Positions 16,586 through 25,116 of a stretch of DNA of 64,000 bases are shown one piece after another. The notes beneath the pieces are model-generated. The model saw nothing but the letters and a program-made list of their open reading frames with translations, had not been told where the DNA came from and made no database searches. The translations under genes were made by a program, and so were the position numbers. Every line of letters starts with the position of its first letter. The stretch's first letter is position 1. This DNA comes from Parcubacteria group bacterium Gr01-1014_3. GTDB taxonomy: Bacteria > Patescibacteriota > Minisyncoccia > UBA6257 > WO2-44-18. Where the stretch lies: positions 103,928 to 167,927 of the forward strand of contig VMGF01000002.1 of NCBI GenBank assembly GCA_007376445.1, given 5' to 3'.

Positions 16586-18343
16586 TTATCTGACCTGAAC
16601 CCTGAAACCACCGTTGGATGATCCGCCAGTCGTACGAACGCCCGTGGCCGGAGCGCCGAATAAAGAATTTTGCTGAGCTCGCGGAGCTGAATTGGCTTGG
16701 ATTTCCCGCACCACGATCTTATCTCCTTCCTCCGCGCCGTTTAGGATTTCCACGAACTCATCATTAGAATCCCCTATCTCGATGATCTGCTGGCGGGCCG
16801 GATTTTCTAAAAGAACCGCGCCGATATTCGCGCCAGCGGAAAGATTAGTCGTCAATTCCCCATCAATGACCTCTACATAACTAACCAGACCCCTCTGCTT
16901 GACCGCGGCGCTCGGCGCCAGTAATACGCCCAATTTTTCCAGCGTGGCGATTTCCACTGTCACGCTCATACCAGGCTTGATCTGAGTATTTCCTGCTTCA
17001 AAGGAAACCTTGGCATTATAGGTAACCACTCCCTGAGAAACGGTGCCGATACCATCTATTTCGGCCACCAATCCACTAAGTTTTAATTCTGGAAGCGCGT
17101 CAAAGGTCAGCGTGGCTTTTTGTCCGGCCTGAACTTTAGCGGCATCAACTTCGTTCAAAGAAATTTCGGCGATCTGCTGACGGGTCACCAAGGTAGCGAT
17201 GACCGTGCCGCTGGAAACCGTGTCAGATTTTTTTACGGAGATCTTAGCGAGAATTCCCGCGAATGGCGCTCGGATATAACAATCGGCTAATTTTTTCTTC
17301 GCGTCCCCTAGCCCGTTAGTAGCTCGCTCCACCTCCCACCGCTGAGATTTAATATCAAAACCCGCGTTCACCAGATTTTCTTTATTGTCTTGGATTCCAT
17401 TGCGAGCGCTGGAAAGAGCGGAAAAGTGCTTACTTATCTTGCCGTAGTAATCGTTCAATGTTTCCAGATGGCTAACCGATGTTTGATTCGGAGAAATTTT
17501 GTCCGCCACTAAAGAATCATGATAGGCCTGAATCAGATCTAGGGCGCTCTTCACGGCCTCTGAGATGGATTTTACGGCCTTATATATATCACCAGTCGCT
17601 TGATCAAGAGATGCCTGATCGGAAGATAAAGAAATTAACTTATACGACTTAAAAGCTGAATCATAATCTGCCTTAGCTTCTTTATATTCTTTCTGAACTT
17701 TTTCTTTAAGTAAATTACCATTAGAACCATAAGCGGTTACCATGTCCGCGTAATAAGCCATATTCCATTGTTCCGAATTGCCAAAGTCAGTGCCATACAA
17801 CAAACGTTCTAGTCCGGAAACTATGCCCGGCAAATCCAGAAAAGAAGCCGTCGCGACGCCTAGCGCGTTATCATATGCTTCCACCAAGCCTTCATTGGCC
17901 TGATCTTCGGCGCCCCGATAAACGACAGAAGCGTTTTCTATACCCTCTAACTTTTGGAGAGATATGTTCGCCTTCTCTAAATTCAACTGAGCATCACGCA
18001 CGGCTTTCTCGGCGTCCGTATAATCCACGATCGCGATCAGTTGGCCCGCGTAAACTTCCTGGCCAGTCGTCACGCCGACATAAACCACATCACCGCTGGT
18101 TTTAGGCTTAACTTCCAGTTGATTTGAGGCCAAAACCTGCCCGCTACCGGAAATTGAAACGACAAGATCCCCACGATAAACCTGCGCCACTAAATAGCGG
18201 GGATCGGCGGAACCGCCAAAGAGAGCGCCGCCAATAAAATAAATCACTAAAATTGCCATGAACGCGATACCCGATGACATTAATTTCCGCTCCATGATTT
18301 TTTTAAACAAACCTATCTTGAACGCGATTATTTTATTCATCAT
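16586..18343 (-). CDS. efflux transporter periplasmic adaptor (HlyD/MacA family) with extended coiled-coil
   Basis: signal anchor, barrel-sandwich/lipoyl-like segments flanking a very long coiled-coil, adjacent to the MacB-like pair. Confidence 0.7.
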   Translation of the reverse strand: MMNKIIAFKIGLFKKIMERKLMSSGIAFMAILVIYFIGGALFGGSADPRYLVAQVYRGDLVVSISGSGQVLASNQLEVKPKTSGDVVYVGVTTGQEVYAGQLIAIVDYTDAEKAVRDAQLNLEKANISLQKLEGIENASVVYRGAEDQANEGLVEAYDNALGVATASFLDLPGIVSGLERLLYGTDFGNSEQWNMAYYADMVTAYGSNGNLLKEKVQKEYKEAKADYDSAFKSYKLISLSSDQASLDQATGDIYKAVKSISEAVKSALDLIQAYHDSLVADKISPNQTSVSHLETLNDYYGKISKHFSALSSARNGIQDNKENLVNAGFDIKSQRWEVERATNGLGDAKKKLADCYIRAPFAGILAKISVKKSDTVSSGTVIATLVTRQQIAEISLNEVDAAKVQAGQKATLTFDALPELKLSGLVAEIDGIGTVSQGVVTYNAKVSFEAGNTQIKPGMSVTVEIATLEKLGVLLAPSAAVKQRGLVSYVEVIDGELTTNLSAGANIGAVLLENPARQQIIEIGDSNDEFVEILNGAEEGDKIVVREIQANSAPRAQQNSLFGAPATGVRTTGGSSNGGFRVQVR

Positions 18344-18435
18344 ATTTTAGACAAATTATACAACTTTGTCGCTAAATTAACAATGAGTAAGAAAAGCTGG
18401 TTAAAAATATCCGGCTTCGTGCTATAATCATTTTC

Positions 18436-18942
18436 ATGTCCTCTTCTGTTGTCATCCGGCCATTGGAATGGCTGGAACTGCCGCAGTATATGAACCTCCG
18501 GAAATCGATTGAAGACGAAGCTGAGCACCTCGTGGTCAGCCGCGGCGAAAGAAAAGAAACCATTGTTCATGTGGCGGCGAAAATGATCCTCACCGGCGAA
18601 CGCACCCGCACCTTAGTCGCGGTGGAAAACGGCCAGCTGGTTGGTTATATCAATACAATTTTCGCTAAATTTAAAAAATTACACGGAAATGCCTATCTCA
18701 CGATGGCTGTTAAAAACTCTCATCGCGGTCTCGGCATCGGCACTCAGCTTCTGGAGGCCGCGGAAAACCTGGCTAAAACTCGCGATACTCGCCGCATGGA
18801 ACTAGAGGTTTTAGGTAATAATACCGGAGCTATCAAGCTTTATAAAAAAATGGGCTACACCAAGGAGGGCACCAAAAAGAACGCTGTCAAAACCGAATCC
18901 GGCTTCGACGACGTGATCTTCATGGCGAAAACGTTGGTCTAA
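18436..18942 (+). CDS. GNAT-family N-acetyltransferase
   Basis: motif A RGLGIGTQLL, MGY..EG; TATAAT promoter upstream and terminator downstream. Confidence 0.8.
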   Translation: MSSSVVIRPLEWLELPQYMNLRKSIEDEAEHLVVSRGERKETIVHVAAKMILTGERTRTLVAVENGQLVGYINTIFAKFKKLHGNAYLTMAVKNSHRGLGIGTQLLEAAENLAKTRDTRRMELEVLGNNTGAIKLYKKMGYTKEGTKKNAVKTESGFDDVIFMAKTLV

Positions 18943-18970
18943 AAAACCGCCTTCTGGCGGTTTTTTAATT
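18943..18970 (+). terminator. rho-independent terminator
   Basis: aaaaaaccgcc-ttct-ggcggtttttt. Confidence 0.65.
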
Positions 18971-18989
18971 AATCATTTATTAACAAAGC

Positions 18990-19146
18990 GGAGGACAACT
19001 AATTTTTCGGAATATCCCGGAGGCACGCCGGCTGGACTATCCTATAATCGGTCTCCGACTTATGTCGGAGCGGCGTGCCGAGGGCGAAGAAAAAACGGCC
19101 GCAGGAGCCGTTTTATTCTGTTTCCGAAAAGTGGTTGTCCGGAGCC
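18990..19146. other. ~155 nt structured intergenic element (closing helix 18990-19012/19122-19146, internal 9-bp helix ggcacgccg/cggcgtgcc) containing a bidirectional terminator at 19090-19114
   Basis: multiple long complementary segments seen directly. Confidence 0.3.
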
Positions 19147-19147
19147 C

Positions 19148-19393
19148 TTATTTCTTCTTCTGTTCGCTGAAAACGTAGATATACAATATATCTAAAATTC
19201 CTAGCGTGTTGATCAGTAGCAAGGCCACGAACCAGCCCTGTTTATCTGCCCTTGCGGCTTTCCAGAGCGCCAGACCCTTCCAGGTTAAAGACCAGAGCAA
19301 CAGAGCCAGCATCATCATGCCGCCATAGCCGCCCATCCAACCGCCGAATGGCATCCAGGAACCCCAGTTCATCATATATGGTCCAAAGTGCAT
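19148..19393 (-). CDS. small Gly/Met/Trp-rich membrane protein
   Basis: MMNWGSWMPFGGWMGGYGGMMM low-complexity N-terminus + 2 TM; paralog at 20528..20675. Confidence 0.45.
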   Translation of the reverse strand: MHFGPYMMNWGSWMPFGGWMGGYGGMMMLALLLWSLTWKGLALWKAARADKQGWFVALLLINTLGILDILYIYVFSEQKKK

Positions 19394-19397
19394 AGTT

Positions 19398-19652
19398 TTA
19401 TTTATTTATTTTATTCCAAACCGAAGCAAATATCCAGCCGACTATATTACCCATCACGAAGGCAACAATCACGAGCACGATCGCTCCACCGATACTCATC
19501 GGACCGATAGTCACCGGAACCTCTATGGCGTGAAGCGAGAGAGCCCAGTTATAAAGTGGCTGAGCCAAACCCAACATCACCAAAATCGACCAACCTACAT
19601 GCATAACCGCCGCGAACGCGCCGACCGCTAAACCTGTTTTTTGTTTATTCAT
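19398..19652 (-). CDS. small membrane protein
   Basis: 2 TM helices. Confidence 0.45.
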   Translation of the reverse strand: MNKQKTGLAVGAFAAVMHVGWSILVMLGLAQPLYNWALSLHAIEVPVTIGPMSIGGAIVLVIVAFVMGNIVGWIFASVWNKINK

Positions 19653-19743
19653 ATTTTAAGTATAGCAAATTTGGCGTATTTAGTTGACCTTCCGGTAAAA
19701 AAAATAGTAAACTTGCGACAGCTATTTTAAAGGAGGTGGCTGG

Positions 19744-20499
19744 ATGAGAAACGTTGCGCCGCTGTTATTGGTTTGCTCCATTGCCCTGTTGAGCTGCGAA
19801 GGAAAAAGTACTCCCATTACGAATGAACAGAGTTCGGCGCCGACTTCGGCAAAGGACAATACTACCGCGCTGACTTCGGTAAAAGGTAACGGTAGCCTGA
19901 AAGTTAAATTTACCTATTTAGGGAAGGTGCCGAAAAAGAAGATCAGCGATCCGTACTGCGGCGACGATATCATAGCCGACAATCTTTTAGTCGGAGAAAA
20001 TAAGGAATTAAAGGATGTGGTTATGTATTTGGATATCGATACCGAAAAGAAGTTCGAGAATCAGCCGGAGCTTACCATTGATCAAAAAGGATGTCTTTTT
20101 ATTCCTAAGGTTTTACTGGCTAAGCCTGGGGACAAGATCAAAATAAAGAATTCCGATGATACCCTTCATAATGTTCACATTCTCGCGGATTTAAATACTG
20201 GGATTAACAGTGGCCTACCGCGTCAAGGCAGCGAAATTACCTATGAACCAACCACCGCTGAGTTTATAAAGATCATGTGCGACGTTCATCCTTGGATGGG
20301 CGGATGGATCGTGGTTCGTAAGCATCCATACTACGCCTTAAGCGGTTCTGATGGCGTGGCAGAACTTAAAGATATTCCTGCCGGCAAGTATAAGCTGCAC
20401 CTGCGTCATTTTTCGCTCGGCCATATGGAACAGGAAGTTGAAATCAAGGATGGCGAGACGACCGATCTGGCCGTAGAGTTCGTAAAGGAAAAGAAGTAA
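19744..20499 (+). CDS. cupredoxin-like lipoprotein with C-terminal carboxypeptidase-regulatory-like domain
   Basis: lipobox LLSC, type-1 copper ligand pattern H...CDVHPWM, RBS AAAGGAGGTG. Confidence 0.5.
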   Translation: MRNVAPLLLVCSIALLSCEGKSTPITNEQSSAPTSAKDNTTALTSVKGNGSLKVKFTYLGKVPKKKISDPYCGDDIIADNLLVGENKELKDVVMYLDIDTEKKFENQPELTIDQKGCLFIPKVLLAKPGDKIKIKNSDDTLHNVHILADLNTGINSGLPRQGSEITYEPTTAEFIKIMCDVHPWMGGWIVVRKHPYYALSGSDGVAELKDIPAGKYKLHLRHFSLGHMEQEVEIKDGETTDLAVEFVKEKK

Positions 20500-20502
20500 A
20501 AA

Positions 20503-20537
20503 AATGCCCGCGCTGTATGCGCGGGTTTTATTTTTTA
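20503..20537 (+). terminator. rho-independent terminator
   Basis: aaaaaaatgcccgcgc-tgtat-gcgcgggttttatttttt. Confidence 0.65.
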
Positions 20538-20675
20538 TTGATATAGCGCCAAAGAGCGATAATCGATAGCACGAGTACTGCCCAAAAAAGCAGAGTGCTG
20601 ATCCAAAAGACCAAGCCCCAGCTGGAACCCCAGCCCATCATTCCACCGCTAAAATTTTGCATCATATTATACATA
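20528..20675 (-). CDS. small Gly/Met-rich membrane protein (49 aa; not in the supplied ORF track)
   Basis: translated by hand: MYNMMQNFSGGMMGWGSSWGLVFWISTLLFWAVLVLSIIALWRYINKK; resembles 19148..19393 product. Confidence 0.3.
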
Positions 20676-20683
20676 TTATTATT

Positions 20684-21157
20684 TTAACCAATTAAACTTC
20701 GTAATTTAGGGAATTTTTTACAAATCGGCAGACTTCCACACCAATTTTCTAATCCCCAAATCCGGCCGACCTTTGCGGCAGCGAAATACGCCAGAACCAA
20801 AGCGTAAATAATGTGGTCATCTATTAAAAAGCCATGCCCAACATAGGGAAATTCTAAGACTGGAAAATAATAAAGCATCATTAAAACCGCGCCCAAAACA
20901 GAGCTGAGGCGGACAAAAACTCCGAGGATCAACGAAACCCCTAAGAGCGTGAGTCCCCATTCATTAATAAAATTGATGGCCGGGAGGATTTCCGGGCTCG
21001 CGAACCATTGAAAAAGACCCGTGAAAGTTTTCGCGCTGTTTAAATATCCCGCGGCAGACCAGGCCGGATCTAAAACCTTGGTTATTCCGGCGTAAAACAT
21101 AAACCAGCCTAAAGTTATCCGCAGAGCCGCTATAGCTAACTTGGTTACTTTGTCCAT
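20684..21157 (-). CDS. DoxX-family membrane protein
   Basis: DoxX-like N-terminal pattern RITLGWFMFYAGITKV, 4 TM. Confidence 0.65.
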   Translation of the reverse strand: MDKVTKLAIAALRITLGWFMFYAGITKVLDPAWSAAGYLNSAKTFTGLFQWFASPEILPAINFINEWGLTLLGVSLILGVFVRLSSVLGAVLMMLYYFPVLEFPYVGHGFLIDDHIIYALVLAYFAAAKVGRIWGLENWCGSLPICKKFPKLRSLIG

Positions 21158-21172
21158 GTCTTTATTATACCA

Positions 21173-21964
21173 CTATCGGCTATTATCCCCGTTTTCAGCG
21201 AATAATTTATAGTACGCGGTCACGGCGACAGCACCGATGATTATCCAGAAGAAAAGCTCTTCAAATGGGAAGCTTATGCCTAAAATTTTAACTATTCCGA
21301 TAAATTGATTTTCGGCGGGGAAAGACCATTGACCCAACGACAAAGCCGTTAATTCATAGACTAGTGAAAGTATGAAGAAGTACACTCCCGCCCGTAAAAT
21401 ACCGCCAAATACTTCCGGAATTTTAAATAAACCGACGATCAGCGGGATCATTCCGATCACACCGAGTTTCAAATAAAAATAGTCGATATTCAACAGGGCG
21501 GGGCTAAAGAAATGCGCGACCACGAACAAACCAAGCATAACCGCCATGAAAATGGCGAACGGCTTAATTTTGGAAGATATGGGCGCGACATTTTTGTGCT
21601 GATCAATAAAAACTTCATAAAAAATACCAACAAAATAAACCCATAAAAAGACCCAGACTATCTGATCAACGATCACATAATCAAATATCCGGAACGATCC
21701 GAAGATCGAATAAGTGAGCCACCCACCGGTTTGCTGCATAATATGATCGACGATAATTCCGACAGGGACGCTCAAAATTGCCGCGAATAGAGCGACTTTT
21801 TTAATGTATCTCGGATACTTAAAAGAAAGATACGCCACGGGCGCTCCTAAAAATAAAAGCATCGAAACGACCAACCCGGCATTAAGGGCAAAAGAACCCA
21901 GCGCCGCTATAATCGGCCAAATTAAAACCAGGCACAGGTCAAATTTTTTCCGACCTAAACCCAT
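21173..21964 (-). CDS. polytopic membrane protein, possibly lycopene-cyclase-domain family
   Basis: two-repeat architecture with conserved PFEELFFW motif resembling the PxEE(x)F of CrtYcd-type lycopene cyclase domains. Confidence 0.4.
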   Translation of the reverse strand: MGLGRKKFDLCLVLIWPIIAALGSFALNAGLVVSMLLFLGAPVAYLSFKYPRYIKKVALFAAILSVPVGIIVDHIMQQTGGWLTYSIFGSFRIFDYVIVDQIVWVFLWVYFVGIFYEVFIDQHKNVAPISSKIKPFAIFMAVMLGLFVVAHFFSPALLNIDYFYLKLGVIGMIPLIVGLFKIPEVFGGILRAGVYFFILSLVYELTALSLGQWSFPAENQFIGIVKILGISFPFEELFFWIIIGAVAVTAYYKLFAENGDNSR

Positions 21965-21967
21965 AGT

Positions 21968-22171
21968 TTATTGGTTCTTATTATCGATACCGAACAAGGT
22001 GTGTAGCCAGCACCAGCCCAAAAAGCTTTCCACGAGGGCGATCCAGCCAACAAAACAAATAACTGTGTTTATTAACCCGATCTCAAACTGTGGGACCCAC
22101 GGAGTGCCGAGCCACCAAAACGCGAGCGTGAATCGCAAAACTCTGTCTAATTTTCCTAAATTTTGAGTCAT
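21968..22171 (-). CDS. DUF2892 (YgaP-like) small membrane protein
   Basis: DR..R leader and GWC..L..FG motif. Confidence 0.5.
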   Translation of the reverse strand: MTQNLGKLDRVLRFTLAFWWLGTPWVPQFEIGLINTVICFVGWIALVESFLGWCWLHTLFGIDNKNQ

Positions 22172-22201
22172 AATTTAAAATTTATTTTTTACCAACGACC
22201 T

Positions 22202-22567
22202 TTATTCCAAAAAATTTCGGATTTTGTCCGCCAGATCATCCAATGTCAAGCGGGTTTTTTCCAGATAGCCGCGGCAACCTAGCCGGATCGCGTCATTTAC
22301 CATGGCCATGTTCTCATAGGCGGTGAGCATAACTACCGGAATCTCCGCGATCTCTTTGTCTTGTTTTAATGCCTTAAGAAATTCAATGCCATTCATCTTC
22401 GGCATCACGATATCCGCGATCACCAAGTCCGGTTTATGCTCTTTTGTTTTTTTTAATCCGTCCTGACCATTTTCCGCGATAATCACGTTAAACCCAGCGT
22501 CTTTAAGAGCTTCCAAGATGGTCTTTTGGAAAATTATATCATCTTCAATTACTAAAAGATTCTTCAT
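22202..22567 (-). CDS. response regulator receiver (CheY-like, single domain)
   Basis: DD..., LVIADIVMP, K pocket; directly downstream of the histidine kinase. Confidence 0.8.
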   Translation of the reverse strand: MKNLLVIEDDIIFQKTILEALKDAGFNVIIAENGQDGLKKTKEHKPDLVIADIVMPKMNGIEFLKALKQDKEIAEIPVVMLTAYENMAMVNDAIRLGCRGYLEKTRLTLDDLADKIRNFLE

Positions 22568-22591
22568 TCGCTAATATTATCAAATTTTTAT

Positions 22592-23866
22592 TTATTTAGG
22601 AAGCTCGACGTAAAATGTACTGCCTTTATTCTCTTCCGATTCAAACCAAATCTTTCCGCCCAAGAGTTTCACCGCTTCGGCAGTAACATATAAGCCGATA
22701 CCAGCCCCGTCAGTCTTGAAAGTCAGGGCATTGCCAGCGCGGAAAAATTTTTCAAAAACTCTCTTCTGATCGGCCCTGGCTATTCCGATGCCGGCATCCT
22801 GAACCACGATCAGAAAGCGCTTTTCCCGATCCTCCAGGCGAATGTCAACTTTGCCGCCCGCTGGCGTGTAATCTATGGCGTTGCCGGTTAAATTCTGCAA
22901 AATTATGCGCAAAGCATTAATGTCGGTGACTGCCGTTAAAGTTTTTAAGTTGCTTTTGAAAGTTATTTGCACTTTTTTCTTTAAGCAAAGCAGGCGGTAT
23001 TCTTTAATATAATTGTTCATAAATTCGACCAGTTCGACTGGCTTCGGAGTTATTTTCATCGCTCCGCTTTCGATGCGCGATACATCTAAAAGAAGTTCGA
23101 TCATGCTGGTCAGGCGTTGCGCGGAAAAACTTATATCGTTGAGATAAGTTTTTTGTTTCTCCGAAAATTCGTCCTTCTGTTTGATCATCCGCTCGATAAC
23201 CCATCGGATGCCGATGAGCGGAGTCCGGAGCTGATGAGACGCGATGGAAATAAACTCGCTTTTGGCGCGATCGATGGCCTGCTCTTTAGTGACATCACGA
23301 AACACCCCGATGGCGCCGACGGTTTTCCCATATAAAACGACCGGGGTGACGGTAAGGGCGACGGGTATTCTCGGTTTATTCAACGGAACGTAATAAATCA
23401 TGGTGGAAATTTTTCTGCCTGACAGGGCGATGGAAATCGGACGCTTTTCCGTCGACACGGGATTACCTTTTTCATCTTCATTGAGCCATTGTTCATAAAA
23501 CTTTTTGCCGATACAGCCGGGCTTTAGCCCCAGCATCTCTTGCGCCGTCTCATTCATAAACACAATATTTTTTTCCTTATCAATGGCGTATAGCCCATCT
23601 CCCACGCTTTCCAGAAGCGCTTTATATTTCGATTCCGCCACCACGATTTGGTTTAAAATATTAACCATCAAGGCGGCGATGGCAACGCTAAGGGCTAGCA
23701 AAAGCAGGTGGCCAACGGAAGTATTAAGAACCTTTAATTCAGGAAAGATTGGCGGCGCGAAAGCCACCGTGGCGTGCAAGACAATCGGTAAAATCAGCAA
23801 TGAAAACACGGCCCAAAACCGTCTGGTCCGGCTCACTTTAATAAAATTTAAAAATCTTTCTGCCAT
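22592..23866 (-). CDS. sensor histidine kinase with PAS domain
   Basis: 2 TM, PAS, H-box SHQLRTPL, HATPase_c N/G boxes. Confidence 0.8.
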   Translation of the reverse strand: MAERFLNFIKVSRTRRFWAVFSLLILPIVLHATVAFAPPIFPELKVLNTSVGHLLLLALSVAIAALMVNILNQIVVAESKYKALLESVGDGLYAIDKEKNIVFMNETAQEMLGLKPGCIGKKFYEQWLNEDEKGNPVSTEKRPISIALSGRKISTMIYYVPLNKPRIPVALTVTPVVLYGKTVGAIGVFRDVTKEQAIDRAKSEFISIASHQLRTPLIGIRWVIERMIKQKDEFSEKQKTYLNDISFSAQRLTSMIELLLDVSRIESGAMKITPKPVELVEFMNNYIKEYRLLCLKKKVQITFKSNLKTLTAVTDINALRIILQNLTGNAIDYTPAGGKVDIRLEDREKRFLIVVQDAGIGIARADQKRVFEKFFRAGNALTFKTDGAGIGLYVTAEAVKLLGGKIWFESEENKGSTFYVELPK

Positions 23867-23870
23867 TTAT

Positions 23871-25094
23871 TTAGTGAACGTGGCCATCCGTATCAAGAAT
23901 TCCGGAGAATATAGCCGGGTTTTCCTTACCGCTAACCTCCAAAACTCCCCAAGCGCCGCGCTCAATTCGAGCTAAGGCGTGATCAACTAATGGATACTTA
24001 CCAGGAACATTCAAAGTGAATTCGGTAATAGTCGCTCCGCCGGCCGGAACCAAAGTCGTCTGAACATTTTTAAACAGCGCGCCGCCGATCGAGGCCTCCG
24101 GATAAACTGTGTCAAAAATTTCGCCGATAACATGGAATGACGATATGAGATTTACACCGCCGTTACCGACGAACAGCCGGACACGCTCTCCGGCCTTGGC
24201 CTTCATATTGCCTACCAGCGAAGAGGTTTTGCCATTAAACACAATATATTCTGGCTGGGCATTCAACATTTTGAGAGCGTCAAAGATCTGAAGACCCGTT
24301 TTGCCAATGTCGCCTACGGTATAAAACTCACCCTGCATCACATAAAATTCCTTGTCGACTTCCGGCAATCCGAATTTTGGCTCAACCAAAATTAAACCAT
24401 ACATTCCATGAGCATCATGCGTGGCAACATTGGGATGCGCGCAGTGGTACATATATAACCCCGGGTTTATAGCCTGGAATGTAAAGGTTTTTGTCTCTCC
24501 TGGATCGACATTGGTTAATACCGCGCCGCCACCGGGCCCGTTCACCGCGTGCAGATCTATATTGTGCGGATGCACGCTGGAAATATCGTTAGTAAGCGTG
24601 AGCTCAACGGTATCACCCTCGCGGACCCGTAAAAAAGGACCCGGCACAGTACCGTTAAAAGTCCAATAATTCAAAAAAACGCCGGGCGCGACTTCAGAAA
24701 TAACTTCTTTAGTCACAAGATTGATTTTTACTTTTTCGGAATAATTTCTTTCGATCGGCGGAGGAATATCATTTGGATCGCGGCCAATGTTGACTACCCT
24801 CTCCATTTTTGAAGATTTTTTTAAAAATTCCAGCGCGCTTTTAAATGGCAGAGCCGGTCCATCCGAGGGTCCATAGGTTGTCAAAAATACCGGATATTCA
24901 AAAGCCTTTGGCACGATACTTGGTCCAAAAAGAACTAACGCGGTACCAACTAAAAGCGTGGCTCCTAAAATGGCTAATTCCAACCGATAGTACTTTTTGA
25001 TCAGCAAAAACACGCTAACACTCGCCAAAACCGTGAGTACCAGCCAGCCGCCGAGATAAACCATTATGAACTTGATTAGGGCGAAAATTATCAT
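23871..25094 (-). CDS. nirK: copper-containing nitrite reductase (NirK-like), membrane-anchored
   Basis: WTFNGTVPGPFLRVREGDTVE, HNIDLHA, YMYHCAHP....HGMYGLILVEP, closely matching NirK type-1/type-2 copper ligand regions. Confidence 0.7.
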   Translation of the reverse strand: MIIFALIKFIMVYLGGWLVLTVLASVSVFLLIKKYYRLELAILGATLLVGTALVLFGPSIVPKAFEYPVFLTTYGPSDGPALPFKSALEFLKKSSKMERVVNIGRDPNDIPPPIERNYSEKVKINLVTKEVISEVAPGVFLNYWTFNGTVPGPFLRVREGDTVELTLTNDISSVHPHNIDLHAVNGPGGGAVLTNVDPGETKTFTFQAINPGLYMYHCAHPNVATHDAHGMYGLILVEPKFGLPEVDKEFYVMQGEFYTVGDIGKTGLQIFDALKMLNAQPEYIVFNGKTSSLVGNMKAKAGERVRLFVGNGGVNLISSFHVIGEIFDTVYPEASIGGALFKNVQTTLVPAGGATITEFTLNVPGKYPLVDHALARIERGAWGVLEVSGKENPAIFSGILDTDGHVH

Positions 25095-25116
25095 ATATAT
25101 AGTATATAACGAATCT

